Assembly: GCA_011109175.1 (NCBI GenBank)
Contig: RDEW01000006.1
Coordinates: 483,668-547,667 of the forward strand
DNA from: Dicyema japonicum
Taxonomy: Eukaryota; Animalia; Dicyemida
Length of the DNA: 64,000 bases
Direction of reading: 5' to 3'
Positions 50,017 to 62,500 of the stretch are shown here, in pieces. How positions within the stretch are numbered: position 1 is the stretch's first letter; each line of letters starts with the position of its first letter. The notes under the pieces are model-generated. The model searched no databases. It had not been told where the DNA came from and saw only the letters and a program-made list of their open reading frames with translations. A program made the translations under genes and the position numbers.

Positions 50017-52536
50017 GTGTGTCTTCACGAGTACAATGGAACTAGATCTCCTGTGGGAAATGTTCCTGCTCATTTGCTGTCCCTCAAATCATTAATCACT
50101 GAAATTCGATCAGGTGACAGAATCAAGTGGATCTCAATGGTTGTCAACGAAAAGGAGATTCGGGAGAATCCCTCGGAGTGGATGGAGTGCGCATATGAGA
50201 ATTTGACAAAGAAGCAATCAGTAAAAAGCTTTTGGAAGGAAAACGTGGAGAAGAGAATTGCCAAATTCAAAGAAAATTGTGCCTAAGTCAATGAGTTTAC
50301 TGGGAAACGAATAACAGGAGCAGAGGAGTTACTGTTAGATATGACAGTTGAGTTTGTTGAGAATATTATTCACTATTCGCCGAATTGGAAAAGCTCTGGC
50401 TGTGATGGAGTATATGGATTTTTTGTCAAGAAATTTGATTCTCTTCATAGTTATCTGAGTGAGAGATTATCAAGATGAGTGGTGAATATTGCCGGAAGAA
50501 TGGTTCTATACAGGGATTACGTACCTTATTCCGAAAAAGAGAAGACTGCTGTTCTCCGAATGACTTACGACCAATTACATGCATGCCTATATTGTACAAA
50601 CTTGTCACAAAATGTGTTAATACAAAACTTACAGATTATATCGAAGGGTTCAATCTTATCTCGGATAATCAGCTTGGAGCAAGAAGGCATTGCCAAGGTG
50701 CAAAGTAGCAGACTTCAATAAATCATTAATGCTGAACATGGAAACAGCTTATTCACAACATGGATTGATGTGAAGAAGGCTTTCGATTATGTCAATCATG
50801 AATTTTTGTGTCGGGGTCTTGATAGCTCTGGAGTTCCTGAATGGATTGTGAAGTTTATCAAGAATCTAATAGGCTAGTGGAATGTTATTTGAACCTTAAC
50901 AAAAAAAATTGGAAAGATCAAACTCGGGAGAGGAATCTTGCAAGGAGACCCACTCTCTCCCCAGCTGTTTACTCTGGTAATGGACCCCCCGAATATTAAA
51001 TGATAAATTCTCGAAGATATGTATTGATCAGAGTGATCCGTCTATTGTGACATATGCGACTAACCATTTTCTTTTTATTGACGACCTGAGAATAATTTCC
51101 GAATATGAAGATACTATTCTAAAAATGATGGAGGATGTTGATGAATATCTGGGTGTTGTTTGCCCTAAAAGAAATTGTGAAAAGTCTGCAACTAATCTGA
51201 AATGTGCCAAAGATGCAAGTTATCTGGATGGTTGTGAGGTATATCGCTATCTTGGAGTGCTAGAAGATAAAGGGAGTAAGGTTATGAAAGACAAGGTTAT
51301 GGAAAAAATTGCTGAAAATGTGAAGATAAAAGGATAGAGATGCTGGCGAATTCGAAATTAAACGTTGTAAAGTTGTTTAAAGCGATAAATGAATACGCAC
51401 TTTCGCTATATAATTTTTATATTGGGCTTTACTACATTAAACCACTTGAATTCGAAACGATTGATCTAGAAATCCGGCAAATATTCTATAACTTACGAGT
51501 GCACTTAAAACCTGATAAAAATATCTCAGCTGGAATAGTTTTGGACGTTGATTAACCTCAATTTCTGATAAGAGTGAATGCATGTTATTTCAATTTTTGA
51601 CCGACCTTGAGAAGAAATCTTCCATGTGTCTTCGAAGGGCAGGAATCTTGCGGGTCTTAAAACAAAGGAAAACACATATGACCACTATCGCAAGATTTAT
51701 TGCACTCAAATACAATGTGGATGACCTATCTAACTTGAACACTGACATTATAGAGGAACATCAAAAGAAGAATTATTTGGAGAAGACTAATCAGAAATTG
51801 CTTCATTAAGAATATTTAAGTGTTTTGAAAATACGAATGTCGAATGGATCAACAGAATGGCTTACTGGGGGAAACAATAGTCCAAGGTCGGAAGCAATGT
51901 ACTGCATGATACAGGATCGGAATCTGTTCTTTGAAGAGATGAAAGCAAATTGCAGTCATTGTGGTATGGCCAAAAAGAGTGTGGATCACCTGGCTACACG
52001 ATGTACCAGGATGCTTAGTGTATATGGCGACATAACGAAGTTGTAAGATGCAACTATGTCGTCAATTTGGAATAAAAGAACCAAGAGGGTAAAGACGCAT
52101 ACAGTCCAATCGATTGCGTCAAACAGTAAAGTTGAATTACGAGTCGATACAACACTACAAACGGATATACAAGTTAAAAATAACAAACCTGATATTTTCA
52201 TACACGATAAATCTAAAAACGAAATAATCCTAAAGAAGTAGGGATCACTCCCCAAGAATTGCTAAAACATGTTGAAGTGGAAAAACTCCACAAATACGAC
52301 CTTCTGGCAGAGAACTAGCACAAATTCACAAGGCCAAGGTGACAATAATTCCGATTGTTTTGACATGGGATGGAGTAGTAACAAAGTACTACAAGTCCTA
52401 TATGGAAAGACTCAACGTGGATGTCTCTACAAGGGCGTACATCCAATCAATGACGATTAAAAAAACTTTAGAGAGCATGATAATCGAGCATAGACATGGG
52501 CTGAAATTGATAACTATGATGAGGTTACAAGAGTGA
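50017..52536 (+). mobile_element. R4/NeSL-type non-LTR retrotransposon with RLE, near full length but frameshifted
   Basis: NWKSSGCDG, LRPITCMPILYKL, WIDVKKAFD, GILQGDPLSP, LFIDD, YRYLGVLE, CSHCGMAKKSVDHLATRC (CCHC), NNKPDI (RLE), IIPIVLTWDG. Confidence 0.88.
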
Positions 52537-52704
52537 CTAATCATCTTATCTCAGAAGGCTCTGAACTCGGAGGTGGCGTCGAAGAGGACCAAGAGAAACA
52601 GCTGTCTTGTCTAGTGATTTGTTTTCTCAAGTGGTATACGAGGGGAACAGTGAGGGTGATACAAAGGGCCAAAGAAAGAATTCAGCTTGCATAGTGTTAA
52701 TTAA

Positions 52705-53528
52705 TTACAATTGATTTTTTTTAATTTTAAATGTTTTTGGCATTGACGAATATCTCTGTGGTTCTTGTGGTTCCGATATAATATAGCCATTTTTGTAGAG
52801 GTGCAGTACTAACCTCCACATGGGCAGGACACATATTTTAAAAAGAACAGTTATGCTAATTAATGAAGAGGTCAAAATCATCAGGAATGTTATTAGTCTC
52901 TTTTTCTTCTTTGGCTGCCTAAGTCGCATTAGACAATCCTGTTCCGCAGTGTTTTGTTACTGATAAGATACCACTCGTCAAACTAGGAGGCAACGTAGAT
53001 GCATTGAACTTTTAGCCGGAATGGACAGCAACGAATTACAAGGATAAGCATCTGAATTTTGATCGTCAAACTACGACATCCTATAAAAATTCTAATTGTT
53101 GTTGTTAACGAATCATCATTGGTGGTGAAAGTTCATAAAATTCCCTATAATCCACCATTGCGATGTCTCCCGTGTGATTTATAAACCTTTAAAACGACAC
53201 GGTCCCACATTAGAAAAATATCTTCATTAGAAAATGAATCAAGACATTGCCCCTGTCTTTTTTAGACAATTTTTATTGTGTTTTCTTTTACTTCATTCCA
53301 TGCGTGACATACTATAATGATGGTCTTCCGTAAATTCACGAAAAATTCATTTATCAACTCAATGGCATATAATCCAAAAAGCTTTTCACCAAATACCTTA
53401 CCCTTTGAAATAATGATATCTTCAGTAATAAAACAACCGAAAACCAAATTTATTCCAAAGTAAGGAGTTATTTTGAGGATATTTAAACATGTCTGCCTAT
53501 GCGGCCTGGACACTTCCGATGTATCCAC
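52705..53528 (-). CDS. Candidate unidentified gene (C-terminal TM-like segment)
   Basis: ORFs 53262..53528 and 52705..52929 (hydrophobic LITFLMILTSSLISITVLFKICV); no family recognised. Confidence 0.25.
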
Positions 53529-53963
53529 ACTCCATTTAGTTATCTTCTATCGTTGGTTGAATTTTGTCCTAGTGGTGGATCCATGAATCCTGCCCTTATA
53601 TCCAGAGCGTAGTAGGTACAAAGTTAGTAAGCCCATCTCCAGTTAGTTCTCCCTTAGTAGGTCCCTTCCCCAGTATGTTCTTTCCACAGTAGTCCCAAGC
53701 CGCCTTCTAGGGACCAATAATGTGGTTAACAAAGTCTTGCGTAGAACCCAATTCGAATGTAGGGAACATTTGGTATGGTACCCCCCGGTAGGTCCCAACT
53801 CTAGTATGTACATCTACGATAGGGATCAAAGTCCGGAGGATGACAAAGTTCCGTGAGAAAGACCCGGGTTCGAATGTAGGATTCAATTGTTGTGGGTAGC
53901 AGGTCCAACTTGGAGAATATACAGAGATTTTGACCCTTCGTCTACTGCGCTTTCAATAGGTTT

Positions 53964-54240
53964 CTTCGTAATTGTGAATAATCCTTCCGACTTGTGATAT
54001 GCTTCTCCACAGTATAATGGGTTCCTTCGTAATTGTGAACATATCCTTCCGATTTGTGACATGTTTCTCCACCATGTAATGGGTTCCTTCGTTTGTAATA
54101 TGGCCCTTGTAATGTGTATCTTCGGATCGACTTGCAAAATGGCCCTTGTGATGTGTATCCTCACATGAAAGCAGCACCAATGTCCGTCTTGTAATGTGTA
54201 TCTTCAGATCGTTTTGTAATATGGCCTTGATTGTGTATCT
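53964..54240. repeat. Mosaic tandem repeat: two ~61-62-nt units plus about four ~39-nt units
   Basis: CTTCGTAATTGTGAA...ATGGGTTC occurs twice; ATGGCCCTTGT(A/G)ATGTGTATC variants occur about four times. Confidence 0.85.
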
Positions 54241-54399
54241 TGGCATTGAAACTCTTTCGACTTGCGAAAACGTAAGTAGCGTCAATGGTCGTGGCACCAG
54301 CACCAATGGTCTTGAACCAGCACCGACGACCAATTCAACTGATTACATTTAACTGTGACGCCATGTATTATTGTTATTTCTATGTGGCTAATTGGTTGA

Positions 54400-54640
54400 A
54401 AATTGGATCATGCAATGTATACCAATAGTATTTGGGGATTTTTCCTTGACTAAAGTTTGAAATCCGGAACGGCAACCAAACACGTCTGTGTACACACCAA
54501 TTAAATTATTCCAATTGATGCCATGTACTTCAAAAAATCTGTCAAGTTTATCATTTGGATAGCAAAAAATTGGAACATTGGATCATTTACCTTCAGAAGT
54601 TATAAGAGTGAATCCATATTTGATATATGTAGTTTTATTC
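54400..54640 (-). mobile_element. hAT/Buster transposase internal fragment
   Basis: FFEVHGINWNNLIGVYTD...GCRSGFQTLVKEKSPNTIGIHCMI. Confidence 0.7.
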
Positions 54641-54977
54641 ATTAAATTATTTAAACAAGACATTCCTACAAGGATAAATATGAGCACGTTCTTTTTAAAA
54701 TTTGATTTAAAATAATTTAAAAAAAATAATAAAAGTAGACTAATATAAATTACTAATATAAATTAATCCGCGGTCCAAAAACACTGCACTAGACGAACTC
54801 CAAATATCTGCGCACTTTCGTCCCAGTTATGTCCCTCCTGCATGTTCACTTAAAGCTCGTTCGAGTGAACCACAGAAACTAAATCTATGCTCTTAGCGGT
54901 ATCAATGATCTCAATAACTTGACAAATCAAATATATTCTTAAAAATAGAAACAAAAAAGTAAACAACCAAAAAGGCG

Positions 54978-55438
54978 TTAATTAGCAACAGTGGCTTCTG
55001 TGTATTTCTCAGAGGGGACATTGGCCGTTTTCTTTATAATATCCTTCCTGTAGTTGTCCATTTTTGGTTTGGTTATCATAAGCTAAAAAATTGGCAAAAA
55101 GAGTACATTGGATGGATGAATCCCAATGTTGACTGAGACCCCATTAACCTTCGACCGTTGAATCCTTTCTAGATAGACCATAAACTTCTTCCGGCAGACA
55201 CGGACAACCTTAACATTTTCAGTCCCTCGGTGACGTCCACGGAGAATCTTAAGTATTAAATGAGAACTACCTTGACTTCATCATCCTTGCGAATGGGCAA
55301 GGATTTCTTCCTGAATTGGGAACGAAGTCCTCTTTCCAAACAGGAGCTCATCAACTTATGTCTGATATGATCAGGAGCTTGAAAGTGACGTCTCCTCGAC
55401 TTTCTTCTTGACGAACTCACCAATGGATTAAGTTTCAT
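54978..55438 (-). CDS. RPL26: 60S ribosomal protein L26 (uL24), 3 coding exons
   Basis: [32 protein letters not shown]...PIRKDDEVK|ILRG...[10 protein letters not shown]...GIHPSN|LMITKPKMD; introns of 23 and 24 nt. Confidence 0.95.
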
Positions 55439-55561
55439 TTATCTAAAATAAGGACCACAAAACAAACGACAACGATATTTTAAATGATTAATTTAAAATA
55501 TTTAATTAATTATTAAAAAAATTTTAATAATAATTAAATTATTGTTCTTGTTGTTTTGGAC

Positions 55562-55860
55562 ATGGTGGTTTCTTTAAGAAGAGAAAAAAAATTTGTGTTA
55601 TTTTACCTATCTACTAAAATTACTAAAAGAAAAAACAAAAGAATCGCAGAGAATATTGTCGATGACTTGCCCAAGACGCAAGAAGTTGTCAATGTTGACC
55701 TTAAAGACATCTTTTATCTCTGCAATGTCTAGTTGACAAAGTTCACACTGTGGACAGGAACAATGGGATGTGAAAGTCGTGAGTATGTAAAATCCAGATT
55801 CCTTGTGCTGTTTGTTCTTTGATTACTAGTGAAATGAACGGGAAGAAGCAATTTGACTAA
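55562..55860 (+). CDS. Candidate small gene divergent from RPL26
   Basis: ATG after a ~120-bp AT-rich spacer, ~55 open codons, then a GTGAGT..CAG microintron-like junction; no firm identity. Confidence 0.2.
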
Positions 55861-56049
55861 GAATTACGTAATTCTTTATGGTCATATGGCTTTAAAAATT
55901 CAAAGAGGGGAGAATTCGAGAGAGTGTTTTATATGTTCGCGATCAAATCAAGATTTATGAATCGAGAAAGAGATTAGAAGTGACTGGTGCTTCAAATTGA
56001 ATAGAAAGCGATTTTATAAAAATATAAATGGAGATAATATGACGGTCCT

Positions 56050-56420
56050 TAATTTCAATGAGGAGGTATGTCTTCCGTTTTGGAGTAACATTTGGAATAT
56101 GGTTGAGTGAAAAAAGATCAATTTTTTTATTAGCGAAAGAGTGACTGGATCAGAGAACTCTTTTGGTGATTTTACGAAGGAGGGAATCACTGAGACTATC
56201 AAGATGGTTCCAAGTACCTTATTCCAAAAATGGTTGTATGTGATTAACCCAAGGAGTTATGGCCAATCACTTGTATGCCGAATCTGTATAAATTATTGGC
56301 AAGGTGTGTGAAAAAATTATTATAATATATTGAATCATACGACTTGATAAGTGACAATCAACTTGGAAATCGAAGAATGTGTAAAGGGGCGAAGGAGCAA
56401 GCCATCGTGAAAAAATGCTT
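56050..56420 (+). mobile_element. R4-type retrotransposon fragment
   Basis: FWSNIW...PITCMPNLYKL...YIESYDLISDNQLGNRRMCKGAKEQA, homologous to 50230..50710. Confidence 0.7.
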
Positions 56421-56687
56421 GAGTTAGAAGGCGTTATAAAATAATTATTTTTGACTGTTTTTTGTCAATAAATTCATGTATTTTAATTTTTTGAGAAAAT
56501 ATTTCAAATTTGTTGTAGTAGCTACTCTCTTACATTTGCATCACACGTCCTACCGCCAGAGACATCACTTCATCCTTAGGCAGAAGAGTTTTTATATTGG
56601 TAATCGTCAGGGGGAATTAACTTTTAAAAAATTTTAGTTCATATGACAATCAATATCGATAAATATTAAATGTAATAAAATATTTAA

Positions 56688-57185
56688 ATGATAATCATTT
56701 TATTTGGTGTTTCAGGTTGTGGCAAAACCACAGTTGGCAAGGAACTAGCAAATAAATTGAATTGGGAATTTTGTGATGCGGACGATTATCATTCCTCAAA
56801 TAATCGCGAAAAAATGAGGCAAGGAATTCCCTTAACAGACGAGGACAGATATGAATGGCTGATGGAATTAAGGGATATTTTGATAAAATGTGACAAAATG
56901 AACTCATCAATGATTCTTGCATGTTCAGCACTGAAAAGATCATATCGGAATTTGTTGAATGTGAATGATGAATGCTATTTTGTTCTGCTAAATGGGCCAT
57001 ACGAAGTGATCAGAGAGAGGATGGAAAATAGGAGGGATCACTTTTTCTGCAATAGTTTACTTCTCAGTCAAATGGAGACTATTGAGATAACGGGGGATGA
57101 GTATATCATTGTTGATATTAATTATAATGTACAAAGTCTGGTTGACCAAATTACCACCAAAATGAATTTAAAGCCATTTTTATAG
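56688..57185 (+). CDS. IDNK: Gluconokinase (GntK/IDNK), intronless
   Basis: GVSGCGKTT P-loop, DADDYH...KMRQGIPLTDEDRYEWL, ILACSALKRSYR, R..HF...LLLSQ. Confidence 0.92.
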   Translation: MIIILFGVSGCGKTTVGKELANKLNWEFCDADDYHSSNNREKMRQGIPLTDEDRYEWLMELRDILIKCDKMNSSMILACSALKRSYRNLLNVNDECYFVLLNGPYEVIRERMENRRDHFFCNSLLLSQMETIEITGDEYIIVDINYNVQSLVDQITTKMNLKPFL

Positions 57186-57229
57186 TTGTTTTTTTAATAT
57201 GTTTTTCTGAGAATTTAAATAACAGATGT

Positions 57230-57896
57230 TCCATTTGAATTAAATAATATTCATATAAATTCCCAGTCATTACTGACCACTGCTACAACACTTGTAACTA
57301 ATTTTTTATATACAACCCCTGAGAAATATGTTTTATCTAATACCCCCAGTGGAGTGGGATGTGTTATAGGAACCCTTCCACTGAGATAGATAAATCTCTC
57401 AGGCATTGAACGTCTTCTGAGCTAGGTGGACCCATTGAATCAATAAGAATGATGCAATGACATTCTAAATAATTGAAGAGTGATGGATAACTCTAAAAAA
57501 GTTCTGAGTTTCTTCAGCACAATGTATTATTTTTGAAATAAAAAACCGCGCCTCAAAAACTATTAACGCTTGTGTTTCCCCTACCACCAAGAGTATTGAT
57601 TTCAACAAGTTTGCCGTATCGAACACGGACGGATCTAAATTTCCTTGCCCCGGGACCCAAGAAACCATTTTGTGAGCCGCCGTTCACACAGATGTTACCG
57701 TACAAATGAAATTGGACAGTCGGACAAGTAGCTGTGCATTTCCATCAACCACAAGACATGCTCCTCTCCGTCTTAATACGCCTTTAATTTCCCGACACAC
57801 ACAACATCCAATCGATTGATTTCCCTTTGTGTAATTATGCTTCTGCCAACCACCAATTTTTCCGTCGCTCAAAGATATGGGGGTAAATAAATACAA
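57230..57896 (-). CDS. Candidate unidentified small multi-exon gene immediately downstream of HAUS6
   Basis: ORFs 57684..57896 and 57465..57668 with microintron-like junctions; no family recognised. Confidence 0.3.
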
Positions 57897-57928
57897 TTAA
57901 GTACAAATATTAAGAAAATCAAAAATAA

Positions 57929-59073
57929 TCACCCAAATCTTTCCTCAAACACCCTTTTCCTAGCAGAATTCACAATATCATCAAATTTTCTTATGCTACG
58001 AGTTCGTCTCCTCTCAATTTCCTCCATTAAACTAACATTCTCAACAACAGGGAACTCCAATGGGACGAACCCACTCGTATCAGGAAGCTCATCCTTATAT
58101 AGTCTCTTGACTCTCTCACTAAACTATACATTCCATCAAACATTAGGTCGCATATTCGAGGCTTCAGCTTATTAAACTGAGGACCGACAAACTTCCTGCT
58201 CTCCAGATCATCATAAATAGTCCTGTCCAGTTCACACAGAGACTTAATCATCTCAGAGCTTGGAAAGTCGACCTGTTTGACCAAATGAGACGGAGAACTA
58301 ATTCTGGTGCAATAACTTTGCATATTTGTGCTCAAATCTCTCAGAACTTCATTCATCCACTCAATCTTAAACTAACATTGACAGTCACATCAAAATCAGA
58401 GGGTTCCAGCTCGGACTGTCGGGCCTCCATCTCATGAATCTCCTTCTGGAGTTGAGTATTCTTGTGATCTAAGTCGCTTTTAAAGTAAAATGAAAAGATA
58501 CTTATAGAAATCAGTCCATCCCCTAATGAACTCCTTATGTTCAAGAATGTGTGTCTCATTTCTCTCAGTGAGGGAGTTGATCAACTCTGAATTGGCGCCA
58601 ATATCGAGAATGGGACGATCTAACGTGATAGACTGTCTTACGTTTTATACTGATGCGGATTGCGTAGGTTGAGAGAGCCACCAAAAAAGTGTATAGCTTG
58701 AAACCACAGAGGACTGGAAGACCGGCCAGATTGTAGCACCTGGCGTATTCAATCTCTGGTTCATTTGAGATCTCTTTTATCCACTCTTTGACCAGTTTTC
58801 TGAACTCTGAAAACATTCGCGTATTGTTTGTAATAGGCCAGTAGGCAGAAAATTTCCGTTTGGCTCTGTCTAGGTCGATGCAATGGAAGACGAATATTAT
58901 GACTGACTGTATTACAGTAAGATCTAGAGTATCAAACATGGTTCTGAGATTATAATTAATCTCCACCTTGAAAGGATGAATCCCTTCCCCCATTTTTTGG
59001 ACTTATCGTAATTCAATACCTTCAAATTCAGGAAAAATTCGTCCCTTATAGTGTGGTCCTCACAAAATGACAT
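57929..59073 (-). CDS. HAUS6: Augmin/HAUS subunit 6, short form (N-terminal domain plus coiled coil)
   Basis: TMFDTLD...FVFHCID...KFSAYWPI...SEFRKLVKEWIKEIS...GFKLYTFLVALS resembles the HAUS6 N-terminal domain (recalled MFDKLN...FLFQVLD...FCWPP...EFRKHCCEWIKRIS). Confidence 0.75.
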
Positions 59074-59573
59074 AACTAATAAGACCGCGTTTAATTTATT
59101 ATATTATTTTTATTTTTACTAATTATATTTATAATAAAAATATATTAATCATTTTCTCTTTCTCATCCATTGAAGAGGTTCCTACAACTTCAAGAACATA
59201 CATTCTCCATTTCCAATGGTTCTTTATGGATTTTTTGTGGAAGATATCTCTGTTTCTGCCACTGTGGGGACTTAATACTGAGTTAATAGTTGAATAAGGA
59301 AAGTTTTCGTCTAATTATGGGATCTTGGTGTCCATGCCTTGTTTCTCTCTATGGTTGTTTTGGAATTCCGGATAAATCCTCATAAAAGAGAAGGTTTCGT
59401 ATAATATCTTGGAGAGGATCCCATCTGTTATCTGAATTTCAGCATATAGGGATGTTCTGGAGACCGTCAATTTAAAGAATTCTCGCTGACGTTTCATCAG
59501 GTGATTCATTTAAGCAAGAGCGTGGTGATCCATGCTTTGTATAGAAGTCTCAACGAAGGGATGGAAGATACCA

Positions 59574-62500
59574 TATTATTATTATTATAAGCAACTACAT
59601 AGAATCATATAAACTATAATTCTATTCGTGCCGCGTCCGAACAATCCTCATAATTAGCCTTTCCCATCCCCTCCTGTCCGATGCCAAGTCCGCAGACTAC
59701 TAAGGTCTTCACCGTCCTTTAGTGTCTGGTTACTGATCTCAGGTCACCATTAAGGACTTCCGGGAGAGTTATTCTTGGACGACCTCTGAACTTCTCCCCT
59801 GACGTATCGAAGTATTCTTCCATGACGACGTTTGCTGGCGTGTCTTGTTCCAATCTGAGAATATGGCCAAACAATCTCCAGCGAGCCTTCATGATCATGG
59901 TGCTCAGAGGTCCGGAACCGCATCTTCTATATAAATTTTCACTCCCTACACGCATTGGCCACTTTAGTCCCAAGAGAGACCGAAGTTGCCTTCTGTGAAA
60001 GGAGTCAAGGTTTTGTTCGTCCGTTTTCGAAATTCCCCACGTCCCAGAGTTGTATGTTAGTATGGGCCTCACGAACGCCTCATACAACCTGAGTCAGTGA
60101 TGGCCCGACCGAGCATTTTCTTATCCAACATTTCATAAGTTTTTGCATAGTAACCGTAGATAACAATTTTCTTCTTGCAATGTCTTCGGAGTCTCCGAGA
60201 AGAGAGCCAAGCTTTACGGTCTTCCTCCAACATTCACTATTGCGTAGTTCCATCCGCTTAATTTCAACAATATCCGTTTTCTGAACATTCAGTGATAGAC
60301 ACCATTTGGCCAAACAGCCTGATGCAACCTCCAAGAGACGTAAGAGTGCTTCTTTGTCAGTCGAGATAAAGTCAACATCATCGGCATACACGATCTCCAT
60401 AATATCATTGTTGTAATACTTCCGGAGGTCTTGCAGAGCCGATTCAAGGTATATAGCAAACAATACTGGGGAAAGGGAATCTCCTTGGGGTGTGCCCACT
60501 GTTGAAATAATTTCCCGTGACAAACATTTTCCAATACGCACTCGTAACCTCGTGTTTGATAAGAGTATCCGTATCAGAATAACCGAGTCCTTATCCAGGA
60601 AACTTTCAAGCACTTCAATGAGTTTTCCCCGACGGACAGTGTCGAAAGCTCTGGTCAGATCAATTCCAAGGATAGTCTTTGAGCTCCGGAATCTTTGTTG
60701 AATAGCACATTGCCATCTATGGCACCATACTACATCAGCCGTTGATCTCCCTGTCCTAAAACCACTCTGGCTCTGGGCCAAGTACCCGTCCACCGGCTCT
60801 TGGATCCGATTAAGAGTAATTAGGGCAAGGATCTTCCTTAAGGTGTTTAGAAGGATGACAGGGCGCAGGTTTTCAACTGGCCCAGGGGGTTTATTACCTT
60901 TTTGAACTGGTACTAGTATCCCCTTTCCAATTTCTGAAAAGTCCTTGTTTTCTATCATGTCATTCAGCAATTTTGAGAGTTTATCTGCAAGTTCTGGAGG
61001 GCCAAATTTTAGCAATTCAGATGGTATATTATCTGGTCCTGGAGAGCGCCCAGATTTAAGTTTCCTTATCGCCATGCAAACCTCCTCCGGTGAAATGATC
61101 CGTTCAAGTGTTGTGTTCTTAGGCGTGAAATCTGATTTTTCTCCTTTTACAAAGAACAGTTGTTCAATATGCGATGCTATGAACTCTGTCTGTTCTGCAA
61201 CATTTCCTATTGTTTTTCCATTTCTGTCATGCAAAATAAGTTTCACTGATTGGCTCTTCCTCCGTATTAGTCGTATAGCCATGAATGTCGCAGCATTGTC
61301 TTTAAGGTTTTCTACCTCTCTGATCTTGCTTTCCAACTGACTAGTGTGATGTAGTCTGTTTAGGAGTTTGATTTTTCTCTCAATTTGCCTTCGTTCTTGT
61401 TTCAGTTTGCAAACAGTCTGAGGATCGACAGTATTTTCGGATCTAAGCCTTAAGTTCTTCTGCAAATTCAATAGGGCTGACACTTCCGGGTGACGCTGAC
61501 TGCTATGGGGTTTAAGTTCCCCCAGATGTTTGTCAGCAGCGGAAATGATCCCTCTCCTAGTTTCGAGCCATGCCTTTCCTGGTGAAAGATCCGATGCCGT
61601 ATTATTAATTGAATCCGATACACATTCTTTATAGTCTGCTTGTACTTTTGGTGAAGAGCCCAAGAGTTCAGTCATATACCTTCTTGATCGCGTGGAATCT
61701 CCACCACGATGTGTTTGGAAGAAGCATCTTCTATTAGTTATCCCGTAGAGGAACTCCTCCGCAGTTGGACCAAGTCTTAAGCTGAATCTTGCTGACACAA
61801 TTTTGTGATCACTGTTAACAGTTAGTCCTCCATAAGATCTCGAGTCCCGTAAGAGAGATTTGTCTTTTACTCGACACAGAATATAATCGATCTGATTATA
61901 AATCCTTATCAGATTTCCGGTGGTCGATAGTCTAGTGCCCATCCACGTTGTCTTGTGGCGTGCGGAATGTTGGAATTGAGTATTGCACAGGAATAAATCA
62001 AAGGATTCGCAGAAATATGCCAGAGCAGTACCAGAATAGTTCCTGATCCCCCTTCCATGTGGTCCAATAAAACGTTCGTGTCCTTGATGTACCCCAGCTT
62101 TAGCATTCCAATCACCAGCGATAAAGAGGAACGATGAAAACTTCAGAGAAGATACGACCTCGACAAGTTCTTCGTAGAAAACGTCCAATTCCTCTGGGTT
62201 TTTGGAAACACGGCCACTATGTGGGGCGTACACGTTCACAATGGAAATTAGTTGCCTGGACTTCCCTTTGGGTCCAATAAGAAATTGAATAACACATATC
62301 CTGTCATCAATTTTCCAATATCGATGTAATCTGGGGAGCAAATTCTTGTGAACAGCGAAACCCTGTCCATAGTGTTTACAGTACGATGGAAGGAGGATTA
62401 GTCTGTAGTCTCCAAGGTTTTCATCGAGTCCTTTTCTGAGCTTCGTCTCTTGGAGACAGCAAACAGAGCATCCATATTTTGCAAGGTCCAGACATAGTTG

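Noticed and set aside
53964-54240. CRISPR-like repeat-spacer array
   Set aside because: Units are imperfect head-to-tail repeats without unique spacers, in a eukaryotic context with no cas genes.
57929-58356. RasGEF-like reading of EMIKSLCELDRTIYDDL
   Set aside because: The upstream exons match HAUS6 much better and other RasGEF motifs are absent.
4480-59073. Alternative genetic code or stop-codon readthrough as an explanation for the fragmented ORF track
   Set aside because: Removing 21-28-nt GT/GC-AG introns restores conserved protein sequence, and genes end in ordinary TAA, TAG or TGA.
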